A stretch of DNA of 62,524 nucleotides, counting the filler, from an uncultured bacterium (GTDB lineage Bacteria > Latescibacterota > UBA2968), in the NCBI GenBank assembly GCA_964471275.1. It is 19 parts of 19 records of this genome, joined end to end, with 100 filler letters (N's around TTAATTAATTAA, not from the genome) between each part and the next. Parts side by side here need not be neighbours in the genome. Positions count along the whole stretch, not along the records: positions 37,698 to 40,845 come from CAYYGZ010000350.1; positions 40,946 to 44,033 come from CAYYGZ010000351.1; positions 44,134 to 47,164 come from CAYYGZ010000352.1; positions 47,265 to 50,269 come from CAYYGZ010000353.1; 15 more parts are not named here. One strand, 5' to 3'. Of the stretch, positions 40,396 to 50,369 are shown one piece after another. A program made the translations under genes and the position numbers. The notes under the pieces were generated by a model, which was given only the letters and a program-made list of their open reading frames with translations, was not told the origin of the DNA and did not search any database. How positions within the stretch are numbered: position 1 is the stretch's first letter; every line of letters begins with the position of its first letter.

Positions 40396-40639
40396 GCTGG
40401 CACGATCACCTCTACCACCGTCGCCCAATCATCTATCCTCGATTATCACTCATCAATCTTTTCAGTTCTTCCTCCTCCAGCTGCTACCGCAGCGAACCGT
40501 CACATTCGGATCGTCATTGATAGAAACGATCACCCGCCTTTGACTCTTGTCCGTGCCCCTGCACCTCTGCTCCTCTGCTTGCTGTATCTGAAGTCGGCAG
40601 TGGGAAATGGGAAGTGGATGCATCTAACCCTCCGACATA

Positions 40640-40701
40640 CCTTACCGGCAACTGAATCGTAAACGTCGGCCCTTCACCCAGCATACTGCTGATCTCGATA
40701 C
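40640..40701 (-). pseudogene. Histidine kinase HATPase_c C-terminal remnant abutting the IS3 end
   Basis: IEISSMLGEGPTFTIQLPV begins right at the IS terminal repeat. Confidence 0.65.
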
Positions 40702-40845
40702 TGGCCTGCCCCCATCTATGTGTCCACATCCAGAGTTAGGATGCGGTTGCTAATACTGGTCTCTCGACTGTTTCGGGTGCAGGTGGTTTTTATCCCAATG
40801 AACTGTGCGGTCGGGCCTGATTGTACTCTCGCCGGCAGACCTCCG
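40702..40845 (-). mobile_element. IS3-family insertion sequence, right end (degenerate)
   Basis: Minus strand RREYNQARPHSSLG*KPPAPET..ATAS* (IS3 OrfB tail with premature TAA); terminal repeat TGGCCTGCCCCC... Confidence 0.9.
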
Positions 40846-40945
40846 NNNNNNNNNNNNNNNNNNNNNNNNNNNNNNNNNNNNNNNNNNNNTTAATTAATTA
40901 ANNNNNNNNNNNNNNNNNNNNNNNNNNNNNNNNNNNNNNNNNNNN

Positions 40946-42121
40946 AGGCTGGATGATCGTTTGACCCGCCACCAGCGCTGATTGAAAAACGTTCTGCTCT
41001 GACTGAAGTTCGAGGACCGTCTTCGACAGATCGGCATCTTCCGTTCCCGAAAGTGCGTCCGTCAGGTTCACCTCGAACCGTTCCAGCAAAGCGCGTTGGA
41101 CCTCGACCCGCTCGGTTCTAGAGCCGAGCACGCCACGAACTTCCGAAATCTTGCCACGAGCCACTTGCATGTCCGTGATCGAACTTCGGATCCCGTCGAT
41201 ATCGTTACCATCGAGCGAATTTCGGAGGTTGAGCAGGGCGGTGAACACATTCTGGGCCCCCTCGAACAGATCCTGGCCCGCCACGTTGACCTTCACGTGG
41301 ATGCCGTCCCCAACTTCCCTTACAATCCCGTTCGTTGTGTCGACATTCCCGATTCCCATCGTCTGCAACACATTGTTGTCATCGATGGCGATGTCGGTTC
41401 CCTCAATGTTCAGACGGTATGAAGGGCTTCCATTTCGCTGGGCCTCTTCGATCGTCACCGTCACGCCCGACGGCGAAGCGGCGTCGATCTTCGACTTGAT
41501 CGTGTCCAGCGAGTCCGTTGCCAAGTTGAGATTGATTACCTGATCGCCTATCGTCACGTTGCCCGACGGAGGCGTCAGTTGCCCCAGGAGTGTGCCGATG
41601 GCCGTTGTCGTATCGTCAAAGCTGATGCTCGATCGCACGGCGTTGCCGATGGCCGTAACCGTTCCTGCTGCGTCTCGGATCTCCTGATACGGCTTTTCCA
41701 GCGTCTCTGTTCCGGCGAAGATGAAACGACCTCGGAACTTCGTCTGCGACATGCTGATCACCAACTCCAGAAGCTCGTTCACTTCCTTCGCCATGATCTC
41801 ACGGTCGTCCGGGTTCACCGTGTCGCTCGCGCCGGCCACGGCGATGCCCTGAACATCGATGATCGTGTTGACCATGCTGTTCAGCGTCGAGTCGACGAAA
41901 TCCATCTGACCCAGCGCTTCACCGATATTGCGCTGATACTGCTCGTTGTTCCGAATGTCGGAACGGAGCAGAAGTGAACGTGAAGCACCAGCCGGGTTGT
42001 CCGATGCGTTGTGTATCGTGACACCCGTCGCCAGATCTTGCTGATAGCGATCGATTCTCGCGAATGATCGTCTGAGATTTCCGATGAGTGTATCTGTCGC
42101 CACACCATCTGCTACGCGCAT
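40946..42121 (-). CDS. flgL: Flagellar hook-associated protein 3 FlgL (few 3' codons missing)
   Basis: MRV...QQDLATG..I..ASDNP, GRFIFAGT, C-terminal LSGTEDADL.K..LEL..Q..FQSAL; downstream of flgK. Confidence 0.92.
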
Positions 42122-42145
42122 GGCAACCTCCCCTCATGCTGACTG

Positions 42146-42174
42146 ATTATAGGACACCCGAATTTCGATTTCAA
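42146..42174 (-). promoter_or_regulatory. Near-consensus sigma70-type promoter upstream of flgL
   Basis: Minus strand TTGAAA-N17-TATAAT, followed by GGAGG and ATG 42121. Confidence 0.65.
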
Positions 42175-42269
42175 GGGCTAACGGACTTAAAGGCTTGTTA
42201 TACCAATCTTTACATCCAACTGCAATGAACCGTAAAACGCGAAACCAACTTCATGAATAGGCCCTCCCG

Positions 42270-43718
42270 TTAGATGCTGAGTATGGCCTGCATCATCTGA
42301 TCTGCGACCGTAACCATTCGTGCCGCAGCCTGGTAGGCTCTCTGGAAGATGATCAGCTGGGCTGCTTCCTCGTTGATCGAGACACCACGAAGGTTCTCAC
42401 GGCGTGTATCGACCTGATTGAGGACGAGTCGCTGTCCCTCGGCAAGCGTGAACACATTCTTTGCCTCTGCCCCGATCTCACCGATAAAGTCACTGTAGAA
42501 CTCCTCGACCGTCTGCGTGCCACCCCCAAAGATCTTCTCGAGCCGCACATCAGATAGGGCCAAGGCATTACTGCCGTCACCCGTTCCGGCCGTGATGCTC
42601 GCGTTGCTCGCGCTCGCCGCAGCGGTGGCGATCTTGTCCAGATTTGTGAGAATCGTATCCGCAACCCGGATGGTGCCAGCAGAGACGCTTCCCGCATCAA
42701 AGAAGAGGTTGCTCGACGAGCCGTCGATTCCGAATCCGGAGGCGTGCTGGATGTTGAAGCGGTCGACAAACACACGAGCCGTTTCGTCCAATGTGTTCTG
42801 GTATTCCGTCAGCTTCTCATCTCGTGTTTCCAGAATTCCGGCCAATTTCCCGCTGTTCACCACGACTCTCTCACCCGTAGATGCAAACACGAGGTCGGAG
42901 ACAACCTCCCCGTCACGAACAAGTGGCGATACGGCCAGCATGTTCGCCTGTATCACGCCCTCGACCAACAGTACACCCTCACCAACGGCAGCGGTCACCG
43001 TTATGGTCCCGTTGGACCGTTCCTTTGCCGACACATCGATCAACGTAGACAGCTCGTCGATCAGGCGGTCCCGCTCATCATCGAGGTTACCGGCTACATC
43101 GGTCGTATTCTTCTTGTCGACCAGAATGCGTTCATTGAGGCGTGCGATCTCGACAGTCAGGCCGTTGACGGCATCGACTGTGTCCGAGAATTCCCTCTCC
43201 AGATCTTCCCGCATACGGGACAACTGCGCGTCCATCCGGTGAAACTGCTCGGTAAGCAGAGAACCCTCTTCGCGAACCGCAGCGCGGTTGGCCTGGCTCT
43301 CCGGGTTGTTCGCGAGATCCTGAAAGGCGTTGAAGAATCGGCTGAATGCACCGGTTAACGCGGCCCCCGAGGTCTGGTTAAAGATCGCACCCGTTTCCGT
43401 TGAACCACCGCCGGCGACCTCCGTGAAGATAGCCTCTATCGTCGACATAGAATTCTCAAGAAATTCCAGCCGCCCCACCTGCCCGGCCTCGTACCGATGC
43501 TGACGATCTAGAACAAAATCACGCGCGCGTGTCAACGATCCCAGTTCGACACCGGACCCAAGGCCGTTCAGGGTCAGGGATGTCTTCAGGGCTGCTCGCT
43601 GCCGGGAGTAACCGGGAGTGTTGACGTTGGCAATGTTATTGCCCGTCACATTCAGACCGACCTGCTGAGTTCGCAGGGAACTGATCCCGATGTTGATGAT
43701 ATTCCCGAGTGAGGACAC
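42270..43718 (-). CDS. flgK: Flagellar hook-associated protein 1 FlgK
   Basis: TGNNIANVNTPGYSRQ, DERDRL, SGKLAG, GVSINEEAAQLIIFQRAYQAAARM. Confidence 0.96.
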   Translation of the reverse strand: MSSLGNIINIGISSLRTQQVGLNVTGNNIANVNTPGYSRQRAALKTSLTLNGLGSGVELGSLTRARDFVLDRQHRYEAGQVGRLEFLENSMSTIEAIFTEVAGGGSTETGAIFNQTSGAALTGAFSRFFNAFQDLANNPESQANRAAVREEGSLLTEQFHRMDAQLSRMREDLEREFSDTVDAVNGLTVEIARLNERILVDKKNTTDVAGNLDDERDRLIDELSTLIDVSAKERSNGTITVTAAVGEGVLLVEGVIQANMLAVSPLVRDGEVVSDLVFASTGERVVVNSGKLAGILETRDEKLTEYQNTLDETARVFVDRFNIQHASGFGIDGSSSNLFFDAGSVSAGTIRVADTILTNLDKIATAAASASNASITAGTGDGSNALALSDVRLEKIFGGGTQTVEEFYSDFIGEIGAEAKNVFTLAEGQRLVLNQVDTRRENLRGVSINEEAAQLIIFQRAYQAAARMVTVADQMMQAILSI

Positions 43719-43751
43719 GGTAACTCCTTAGGGCCCGATACGGCCTGCGGG

Positions 43752-44033
43752 CTAGAGACCCATCCGGCTGAAATCGACCTTTGGATAGTAGTCGGTCAGT
43801 TGCACGATGCGATGCCGTTGCTCATCCGTAAGCTGTGTCTGACCCCGACCTTGCATTCCGACATTTCGTCTCGTGTTCGTCCGTGGCGATCCTTGGACGG
43901 CTTCTGCGATCTGTTCCTCTGACGGGCTTACACCGGCAAAATCGAGAACCCGACGGACACAGGCTTCGTGATCAGTCTTCAATTCCTGATAGGTCATCCA
44001 GAGAAAGCGACAATAGCCCTGTTTCTCTGCATA
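43752..44033 (-). CDS. Sulfotransferase-domain protein, C-terminal part
   Basis: LWMTYQEL..D....RRVLDFAG, NVG..GRG...LTDEQ. Confidence 0.65.
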   Translation of the reverse strand, partial: YAEKQGYCRFLWMTYQELKTDHEACVRRVLDFAGVSPSEEQIAEAVQGSPRTNTRRNVGMQGRGQTQLTDEQRHRIVQLTDYYPKVDFSRMGL

Positions 44034-44356
44034 NNNNNNNNNNNNNNNNNNNNNNNNNNNNNNNNNNNNNNNNNNNNTTAATTAATTAANNNNNNNNNNN
44101 NNNNNNNNNNNNNNNNNNNNNNNNNNNNNNNNNTGATATTTCTACTACGAGCAGAAGCTGCACGACCTCGACACGTTTAAGCCAGAGAGGATCCAGAATC
44201 CGGGATGCGTGGACGGGCAGAGAGCCTGTGTGAGTAATCTTGTGTTTCTGCGTAGGTATAGGAGGTGCACGGAGAAGTGTTGGGAGAAGCAGTGCTTGGC
44301 CGGTAGCGCTTGGTAGGGCGACAGAATACATCCTCAACCCAGCACCCATCTCGTCC

Positions 44357-45655
44357 TCATTTTTCTCCCGGAACGATCGCCTCGTGCGTCTCCAACAATC
44401 CCCGCAATTCGTCCAGCGGTACATCCCCGGGCGTCGTCTCAAGTCTGATCGCCAGGGCACTCGCCGCTCCTGCAGCCTGACCCATAGCCATTGCCGATGC
44501 CTGCACACGAAGCGCTGAGTTTGCCAGACGATCACTGCTCACACAGCGACCCGCGACGGCAAGATTCTGACTGTCTCTTGGGATGAGTGCGCGAAGTGGG
44601 ATGGTGGCGACGGTACCTTCCGAAAGCGGTTTGGGCTTGATGCCATCCTTTTCGTGGAGGTCGATCGGGTAGAAGGAGTATGAGACGGCATCATCGAAGA
44701 TACGACCGGTAGTGTAGTCTTCGTGTGTGACCTGGTAGTTGCCAACGATACGGTAGGTCTCGCGAACGGCGGTTTCGGGCTGCGCGCTTAGGACTCGGGC
44801 CTCCTCACAGCCAGGGAGCGAGCGAACGAAGCGGAGGATCCGGAGGAGAGAGGCGCGGCCGTCGACGTTGGTCCGGGAGTGCGTTTCGGCAGTCGACGCA
44901 TCTGCGTGGTGAACGTGCTGGGCGTTTTCGCCGCCGGATCTCAGGTAGCTGACGAAACGGACATTGCGATTGTGGACGTCGCCGGGCCTCAAGCGGCCGT
45001 CGTCGTAAGCTTCCAGGAAACGCTTCTGAATGAGGTCGGTATCGAGCGTATCGACGTCGTAACCACCGAGTTTGAAGATCAGGGTCCCGGGCTGGATCTC
45101 TTCTTCACGCAGTCGGGGGTAACCGGCCAGGTGGACGATTTCCGCGCCACCCGTGCAATCTATGATTTGCTTCGCCCGGATTGTGCGTCTCACATTCTTG
45201 CCTACGGTTTCGACCTGCCAGCCTCGGTCGGTCTCCGATACCACAGACGGCGACTCGTAGAAATGCAGGGCAACACCCGCCCCTGTCGCAGCCTCCTCTG
45301 CGACCGCCGCGTAGACCGGTCCATTGATCCGAATCTGATGCATCCAGTGTTGCTCGGGTCGTTTGCTGAAGTCCGGAAGCGTGCCGCTGTCCAGGTTCAC
45401 GGCTCTTGTTACCAGCTCCCAACCGATACCAGCGATGACCTGTCGCTCCCACGCGTGGAACAGACCGGGGAACGAGACTCCTCCCGTCGTGGTGACTCCA
45501 CCCAGCTGGCTTCCAGCCTCAACCATCCCGGTTCGCAATCCTGCGCGGCCTGCCTGTATCGCTGCGATCGTGCCTGCAGTGCCGCCACCTATAACGAGAA
45601 TGTCGAGGTTTTCGGCGATGGGGTCGGTATAGGTAATAGGTCTATCCTTCCACAA
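44357..45655 (-). CDS. FAD-dependent oxidoreductase (FAD_oxidored family); start uncertain
   Basis: DILVIGGGTAG..AAIQAGR.G, LGG..T.GGV, IDCTG, VRETYRIVG, AGRCVS, MAMGQAAG. Confidence 0.9.
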   Translation of the reverse strand: MWKDRPITYTDPIAENLDILVIGGGTAGTIAAIQAGRAGLRTGMVEAGSQLGGVTTTGGVSFPGLFHAWERQVIAGIGWELVTRAVNLDSGTLPDFSKRPEQHWMHQIRINGPVYAAVAEEAATGAGVALHFYESPSVVSETDRGWQVETVGKNVRRTIRAKQIIDCTGGAEIVHLAGYPRLREEEIQPGTLIFKLGGYDVDTLDTDLIQKRFLEAYDDGRLRPGDVHNRNVRFVSYLRSGGENAQHVHHADASTAETHSRTNVDGRASLLRILRFVRSLPGCEEARVLSAQPETAVRETYRIVGNYQVTHEDYTTGRIFDDAVSYSFYPIDLHEKDGIKPKPLSEGTVATIPLRALIPRDSQNLAVAGRCVSSDRLANSALRVQASAMAMGQAAGAASALAIRLETTPGDVPLDELRGLLETHEAIVPGEK

Positions 45656-45951
45656 CTGTGTTGGGCATAGGTCAAAGGGCAGGTGCCCCATTCTGAAGCG
45701 CCATTCTTCTAGCCAGCATTATGCGTTTGACCGGACGTCTGCAGGAAGTAGGCCGCTTAGTACCGCGGGGTCGCGGGCTGAGCTCGGCAGTGATTCCCTC
45801 CCTGTCGGCTTGTACTCTTGCACCGCCCATTCAGACATTGGTTGATACCGCTGACAGTTCGTTCGCACGGATCTCGTCAAAGCGTGGTTCAGCTACTGCC
45901 GAACAGGAGATGGTGAAGGTGGGAGGCCAGCTCCACGCCGGGACATGCCCG

Positions 45952-47164
45952 TCAGCCCCACCAGCTCTCACCTTCCGCCAGATGCGCTTGGGCAACCTCC
46001 GGGTTCAGATCGACACCCAAGCCCGGCTTTTCCGTGATCCTGATGTGCCCGTTTTCGATGTAGGGTCCATCGAGGATCAGCAGCTCATCCATCCAATCGT
46101 CTTTTCCTGTGATTGTTTCACAGGCGATAAAGTCGCGAATCGATCCTGCCCACTGGCAGGTCGCCCACGTGTTGAGTTGACTGCCCGTGTTGTGCGTAGC
46201 CATAGGGAGCCCCCAAACCTCAGCCATGTCGGCAATTCGCTTGTTTTCGAGGAAGCCGCCACTGTTGCGTAGATCCGGATGCAGGATGTCACACCCCTGG
46301 TGGACGATGAAATCCGAGAATTCGTGTCGCCGCCACAAGTTCTCGCCCGTGCAGATCGGGACCGGAGAACTGGCGGTTAACCGTTTCCAGCTCTCCGAAT
46401 GGTTCACGATCATGGCGTCTTCGAGCCATACCGGTTTGATCGGAGCGACGGCTTCTGCGATCTGGATGGCGGTGCGTACGTCGTATTCCCAGTGGCAGTG
46501 GACCATGATGTCGTGGTCCCAGCCGATCGCTTCGCGGCAGTTCGCGAAGCCTTCTTCGATCTGTCGCAGCTCCCGAACGGTCAGCACCCGGTTTGCGGGA
46601 TCGCGACCTGCGTCGGTATCCGGCGTCGTGTGAGGGAATCCGAACTTGTGGCAGGTGATTCCCGCCGGGGCCTCATTGACCCGCTCTGCCCACTCCTTAC
46701 ACGAGGCTCGATCGAGAATGTCCCGCGGATGTGCGTGATCGTAGATCCGAACCTTGTCGCGAAATTTCCCTCCCAGCAGCGTGGTCGCCGGTACCCCCAG
46801 GATCTTTCCGGCCAGATCCCACAGCGCCATCTCGATGCCGCTTGCCGCCCGCATCAGGGCGTGTGCCGAGCCGTCCGTTCGACTAGCCCCCGCCCAACCG
46901 GTTCCCGGATCCGGGTTCTGCCCCATCAAGGTATAGAGCACGTCGATCGTCAGGGGGTTCTGTCCGATGAGAGTCGGTTTGATCGCCTCGATCTGCTCCT
47001 TCACGCCCGCACCCGGACTGCCATAGGCCTCACCGATTCCGTAGAGGCCGTCTTCGGCGATGACTTTGACCAGCGTGTAGCTCCGTTGTCCCTGAAGCAT
47101 CATGACCTGTATGTCGCGGATCTTCTGGCGACCTGCATCGGTCTCGGGTAAAACTTGGGGTTCT
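45952..47164 (-). CDS. Mandelate racemase/muconate lactonizing enzyme family (5' truncated)
   Basis: GLYGIGE, SGIEMALWDLAGK, HCHWE, WLED, CTGENL, HPD, HN. Confidence 0.92.
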
Positions 47165-47294
47165 NNNNNNNNNNNNNNNNNNNNNNNNNNNNNNNNNNNN
47201 NNNNNNNNTTAATTAATTAANNNNNNNNNNNNNNNNNNNNNNNNNNNNNNNNNNNNNNNNNNNNCTGCGTCAGTCCCCCGTCGATCCGACCACG

Positions 47295-48647
47295 ATGTTC
47301 CGGATGCCGTGGTCCCTCACGGACAACGTGCTCAGCTGGTTGGAGCCCACCAAGAAGTGCAACCTGACCTGCGAAGGCTGCTACTCGAGGAACGATCCGA
47401 ACAGCGAGAAGAGCCTCGAACAGGTCCGCTCGGATCTCGACATCTTCACGTCGAAGCGCACGGTCGATTCGATCTCCATCGCCGGAGGCGATCCCCTCAC
47501 CCACCCGGACATCGTCGAGATCGTCCGGATGATCCGGCACGATTTTGGGCTCAAGCCCATCGTGAACACCAACGGGATTGATCTGGATCAGGCGATGCTG
47601 GAGGCCCTCGTCGACGCGGGGGTCGCGGGCTTCACGCTCCACATCGACAGCGGTCAGAAGCGCAAGGGCTGGCACGGCAAGAACGAGCTGGAGCTGTGCG
47701 AGCTGAGGGACCACTTCGCCCAGATGATCAGCGATGTGGATGACATCGGCTGCGCCTTCAACATGACGGTCTACCGCCACACTGCGAAGTACGTGCCCGA
47801 CCTCATGGACTGGGCGGCGAAGAACATCCATCGCGTGCAGACGATGGTGTTCATCCTGTTCCGCACCATGCGCAGCGAGGAGTTCGACTACTACGCCCAC
47901 GGCACCAAGATCGAGCAGGACGACTCGGTCTACCTGGACCAGGAGCTGAACGAGGTTCCCCTGACCACTCCCGAGGTGGTCGAGCTGATCCGCACCCGGG
48001 AGCCGTCGTTCATGCCGGCGGCCTACCTGGGCGGCACGGTCGACCCCAGCTCGTTGAAGTGGACGATCGGCGCTCGCTTTGGCGACGGCGAGCGGATCCA
48101 TGGCTACGTGGGGCCCCGCTTCATGGAGTTCGTGCAGAACGGACACCACATGCTCACGGGCCGCTACCTGGCCTACAGCAAGCCGAGCGTGACCTCCATG
48201 GGTCGGTCGATGTTGCCTCTGTTCGGCGTGTTCGACCGGGGCGTGCGCAAGACCGCCGGACGCTGGCTCGCTTCCAGCATCATGCACCCCACTCGGGCGG
48301 CGAAGACGGTGCACGTACAGTCGGTGCTGATCATCCAGCCCATCGACCACCTGGCCGACGGGCAGACCAACATGTGTGACGGCTGCCCGGACATCACCGT
48401 GCACAACGGCGAGCTCGTCTGGTCCTGCCGACTCGACGAGCGGGTGCAGTGGGGCTGCTTCCTGCACGCCATACCGCGGGAAGGGGCTGCGGGCACGCCG
48501 CAGTACAAGGGCAAGAGCGCCGCCAAGGCCAAGTCCCCGACGAAGGCCAAGCCCGTGGGGAAGGCGAAGCCGGCGACCAAGGCCAAGCGGGCGAAGGCCA
48601 AGCCGCGCGCCAAGGCCAAGAAGGCCACCCCGCCCAAGGCCGACTGA
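47295..48647 (+). CDS. Radical SAM protein with C-terminal Cys cluster and Lys/Ala/Pro-rich tail
   Basis: CNLTCEGC (CxxxCxxC), AGGDP, NTNG; MCDGCPD..WSCR; AKP-type repeats at the C-terminus. Confidence 0.9.
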   Translation: MFRMPWSLTDNVLSWLEPTKKCNLTCEGCYSRNDPNSEKSLEQVRSDLDIFTSKRTVDSISIAGGDPLTHPDIVEIVRMIRHDFGLKPIVNTNGIDLDQAMLEALVDAGVAGFTLHIDSGQKRKGWHGKNELELCELRDHFAQMISDVDDIGCAFNMTVYRHTAKYVPDLMDWAAKNIHRVQTMVFILFRTMRSEEFDYYAHGTKIEQDDSVYLDQELNEVPLTTPEVVELIRTREPSFMPAAYLGGTVDPSSLKWTIGARFGDGERIHGYVGPRFMEFVQNGHHMLTGRYLAYSKPSVTSMGRSMLPLFGVFDRGVRKTAGRWLASSIMHPTRAAKTVHVQSVLIIQPIDHLADGQTNMCDGCPDITVHNGELVWSCRLDERVQWGCFLHAIPREGAAGTPQYKGKSAAKAKSPTKAKPVGKAKPATKAKRAKAKPRAKAKKATPPKAD

Positions 48648-48868
48648 TGCCCCGGGTCACCTTCGCTGGCGACGGCCGCGAGGCCGATGTGCCGGTGGGC
48701 GCATCGATCCGACAAGCCGCCAAGGCAGCGGGTGTCTGCCTCTACTCGGGCATCTTCAAGCTCGACAACTGCCACGGGCTGGGGCTGAGTGTCGGGTGAA
48801 GGTGGTGCAAGGGGAGGAGCACCTCACCGAGCCGGGCCTCCGGGAGCGCTGGGCGGGACGGCCTCGGA
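48647..48868 (+). pseudogene. 2Fe-2S ferredoxin, frameshifted and truncated
   Basis: MPRVTF...VPVGASIRQAA..AGV.LY..NCHGLGL / ECRVKVVQG in two frames; second Cys missing; TGATG overlap with the rSAM gene. Confidence 0.7.
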
Positions 48869-48869
48869 G

Positions 48870-49122
48870 CAGTCGTGAGGCCGCCCGTCTCTCGGACGGC
48901 CGCCGCACAGACAAACAACACGCCGATGGTCGCGACAGCCGGCATCGCGGCGCCGCTCAAGGCCTCCTGTGGAGTCAGTACACCTGTGACCACCAGGACG
49001 CACAACCCACCGAACATGCACATATCGGGCGGAAAACGCTCGCGCGCCATCGTCACGGTGGTCAAAAAGATCACGACCAGGGTAAGCCAACCCTGCCATG
49101 AAAGCGCCATCAATTGGTCCAT
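48870..49122 (-). pseudogene. SLC13/CitMHS-like permease, N-terminal fragment only
   Basis: W.TL.V.......RER.PPD...G.L..LVVTGVLTPQEALSG...PAVATIG.LFV.AAAVRETGGL, then abrupt loss of homology. Confidence 0.75.
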
Positions 49123-49201
49123 TATAACGAGCACAGAGCCTATTGCTCCCCTATTCCTTGATAGGAAGCGGCGGGACCAATCGTGCCCGATATCGACGGG
49201 G

Positions 49202-50269
49202 TCACTCTTCGGGTGCCCCTGCCTCCGCCTGCTTGCTCTCCGCTCCCCGGTCCGGCCGCTGGGCCAGCTTCCGCTTCGCCACCGTTCTCACAAGCGATGG
49301 GTCCCGCATGAGCCCCAGCAGCGGGTTGTCCGCGGAGAAGACGAAGCTCGTGTTCTCCGTCAGAGAATCCTCGTACAGCTCGAGCATCTTCAGGAACCGG
49401 AAGAACCCCGGGTTCGAGTTGAACGCGTCCGCCTTGATGGCGATGGACTGCGCGATCGCGTCGCCCTGCAGCTCACGCACCCGGCGGTCCTGCTCCCCGA
49501 CGATCGCCCCGATCTGCTGTTCCTTGACCTGCTTGATCGTGCCCGAGCAGGTGCTGCCGAGCTTGTTGTAGCGGGCGATGTCCCGCTCCCGGTCCTTGGT
49601 GATCTTGCTCGTGATCTCCGCGTGCACCTGGGGCGAGTAGTTGAGGTACTTGAAGTGCAGGTCGAGGATCTCGATCCCGAACTCCTTCTGCAGCACCTCG
49701 TTGGTCGTCTGGAGGATGTTCGCCACGATCTCCGAGCGGAGCGCCCTGGCATCCTCCGTACCGGTCGCACCGATCGAAAGGACGGCGATCGCGTCGTATT
49801 CGTCGAGCATCTCCCTGATCTCCAGGTTCGTCGCCGGCTGGCACTCGGGGTAGTCCACGAACAGGAATTTCAGGTCCGACGCCGCACGCGCGGCAAAGCT
49901 GCGCCCCTTGTCCCGGACGATGGAGGCCAGCCGGTTCTCCCGAATCGCGGCCTGGATCCGCTTGGTGACCACCGAGTCCATGCTGCGGTGGGCCCGCTGG
50001 TCGTCCCTGACGGCCGTGTAGAACCGGGTGGGCCCGCCGAGCGACGGGTCAATCCGCCAGCGGGCGAACGCCGTGAAGTCGATCGGCTTGAGCTCAGCCG
50101 TGTTCGTGTTGCGGGCGATGTCGTCCCAGCCGCGGACCCGACTGTCGAGGTAGCGCGTGTCCTGCACGAACGGAATCAGGAAATAGACTCCAGCGTCACG
50201 CTTCTCGTCGATGGGCTCGCCGAATTGGGTGACCACGACGAACTGATCCGGGCGCACGATGTAGAACGA
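49202..50269 (-). CDS. SPFH-domain protein, HflC-like (5' truncated)
   Basis: VVTQFGEP..G.YF.IPFVQ...LD.R, ARWRI.DP..FY, FGIEILD, AF..NP.FF.FLK.LE.Y..SL. Confidence 0.8.
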   Translation of the reverse strand, partial: SFYIVRPDQFVVVTQFGEPIDEKRDAGVYFLIPFVQDTRYLDSRVRGWDDIARNTNTAELKPIDFTAFARWRIDPSLGGPTRFYTAVRDDQRAHRSMDSVVTKRIQAAIRENRLASIVRDKGRSFAARAASDLKFLFVDYPECQPATNLEIREMLDEYDAIAVLSIGATGTEDARALRSEIVANILQTTNEVLQKEFGIEILDLHFKYLNYSPQVHAEITSKITKDRERDIARYNKLGSTCSGTIKQVKEQQIGAIVGEQDRRVRELQGDAIAQSIAIKADAFNSNPGFFRFLKMLELYEDSLTENTSFVFSADNPLLGLMRDPSLVRTVAKRKLAQRPDRGAESKQAEAGAPEE

Positions 50270-50369
50270 NNNNNNNNNNNNNNNNNNNNNNNNNNNNNNN
50301 NNNNNNNNNNNNNTTAATTAATTAANNNNNNNNNNNNNNNNNNNNNNNNNNNNNNNNNNNNNNNNNNNN

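Noticed and set aside
47217..50317. Long antisense ORFs (47217-48467 minus, 48875-50317 plus) and similar shadow ORFs elsewhere
   Set aside because: They mirror well-supported genes on the opposite strand in high-GC DNA and carry no recognisable motifs.
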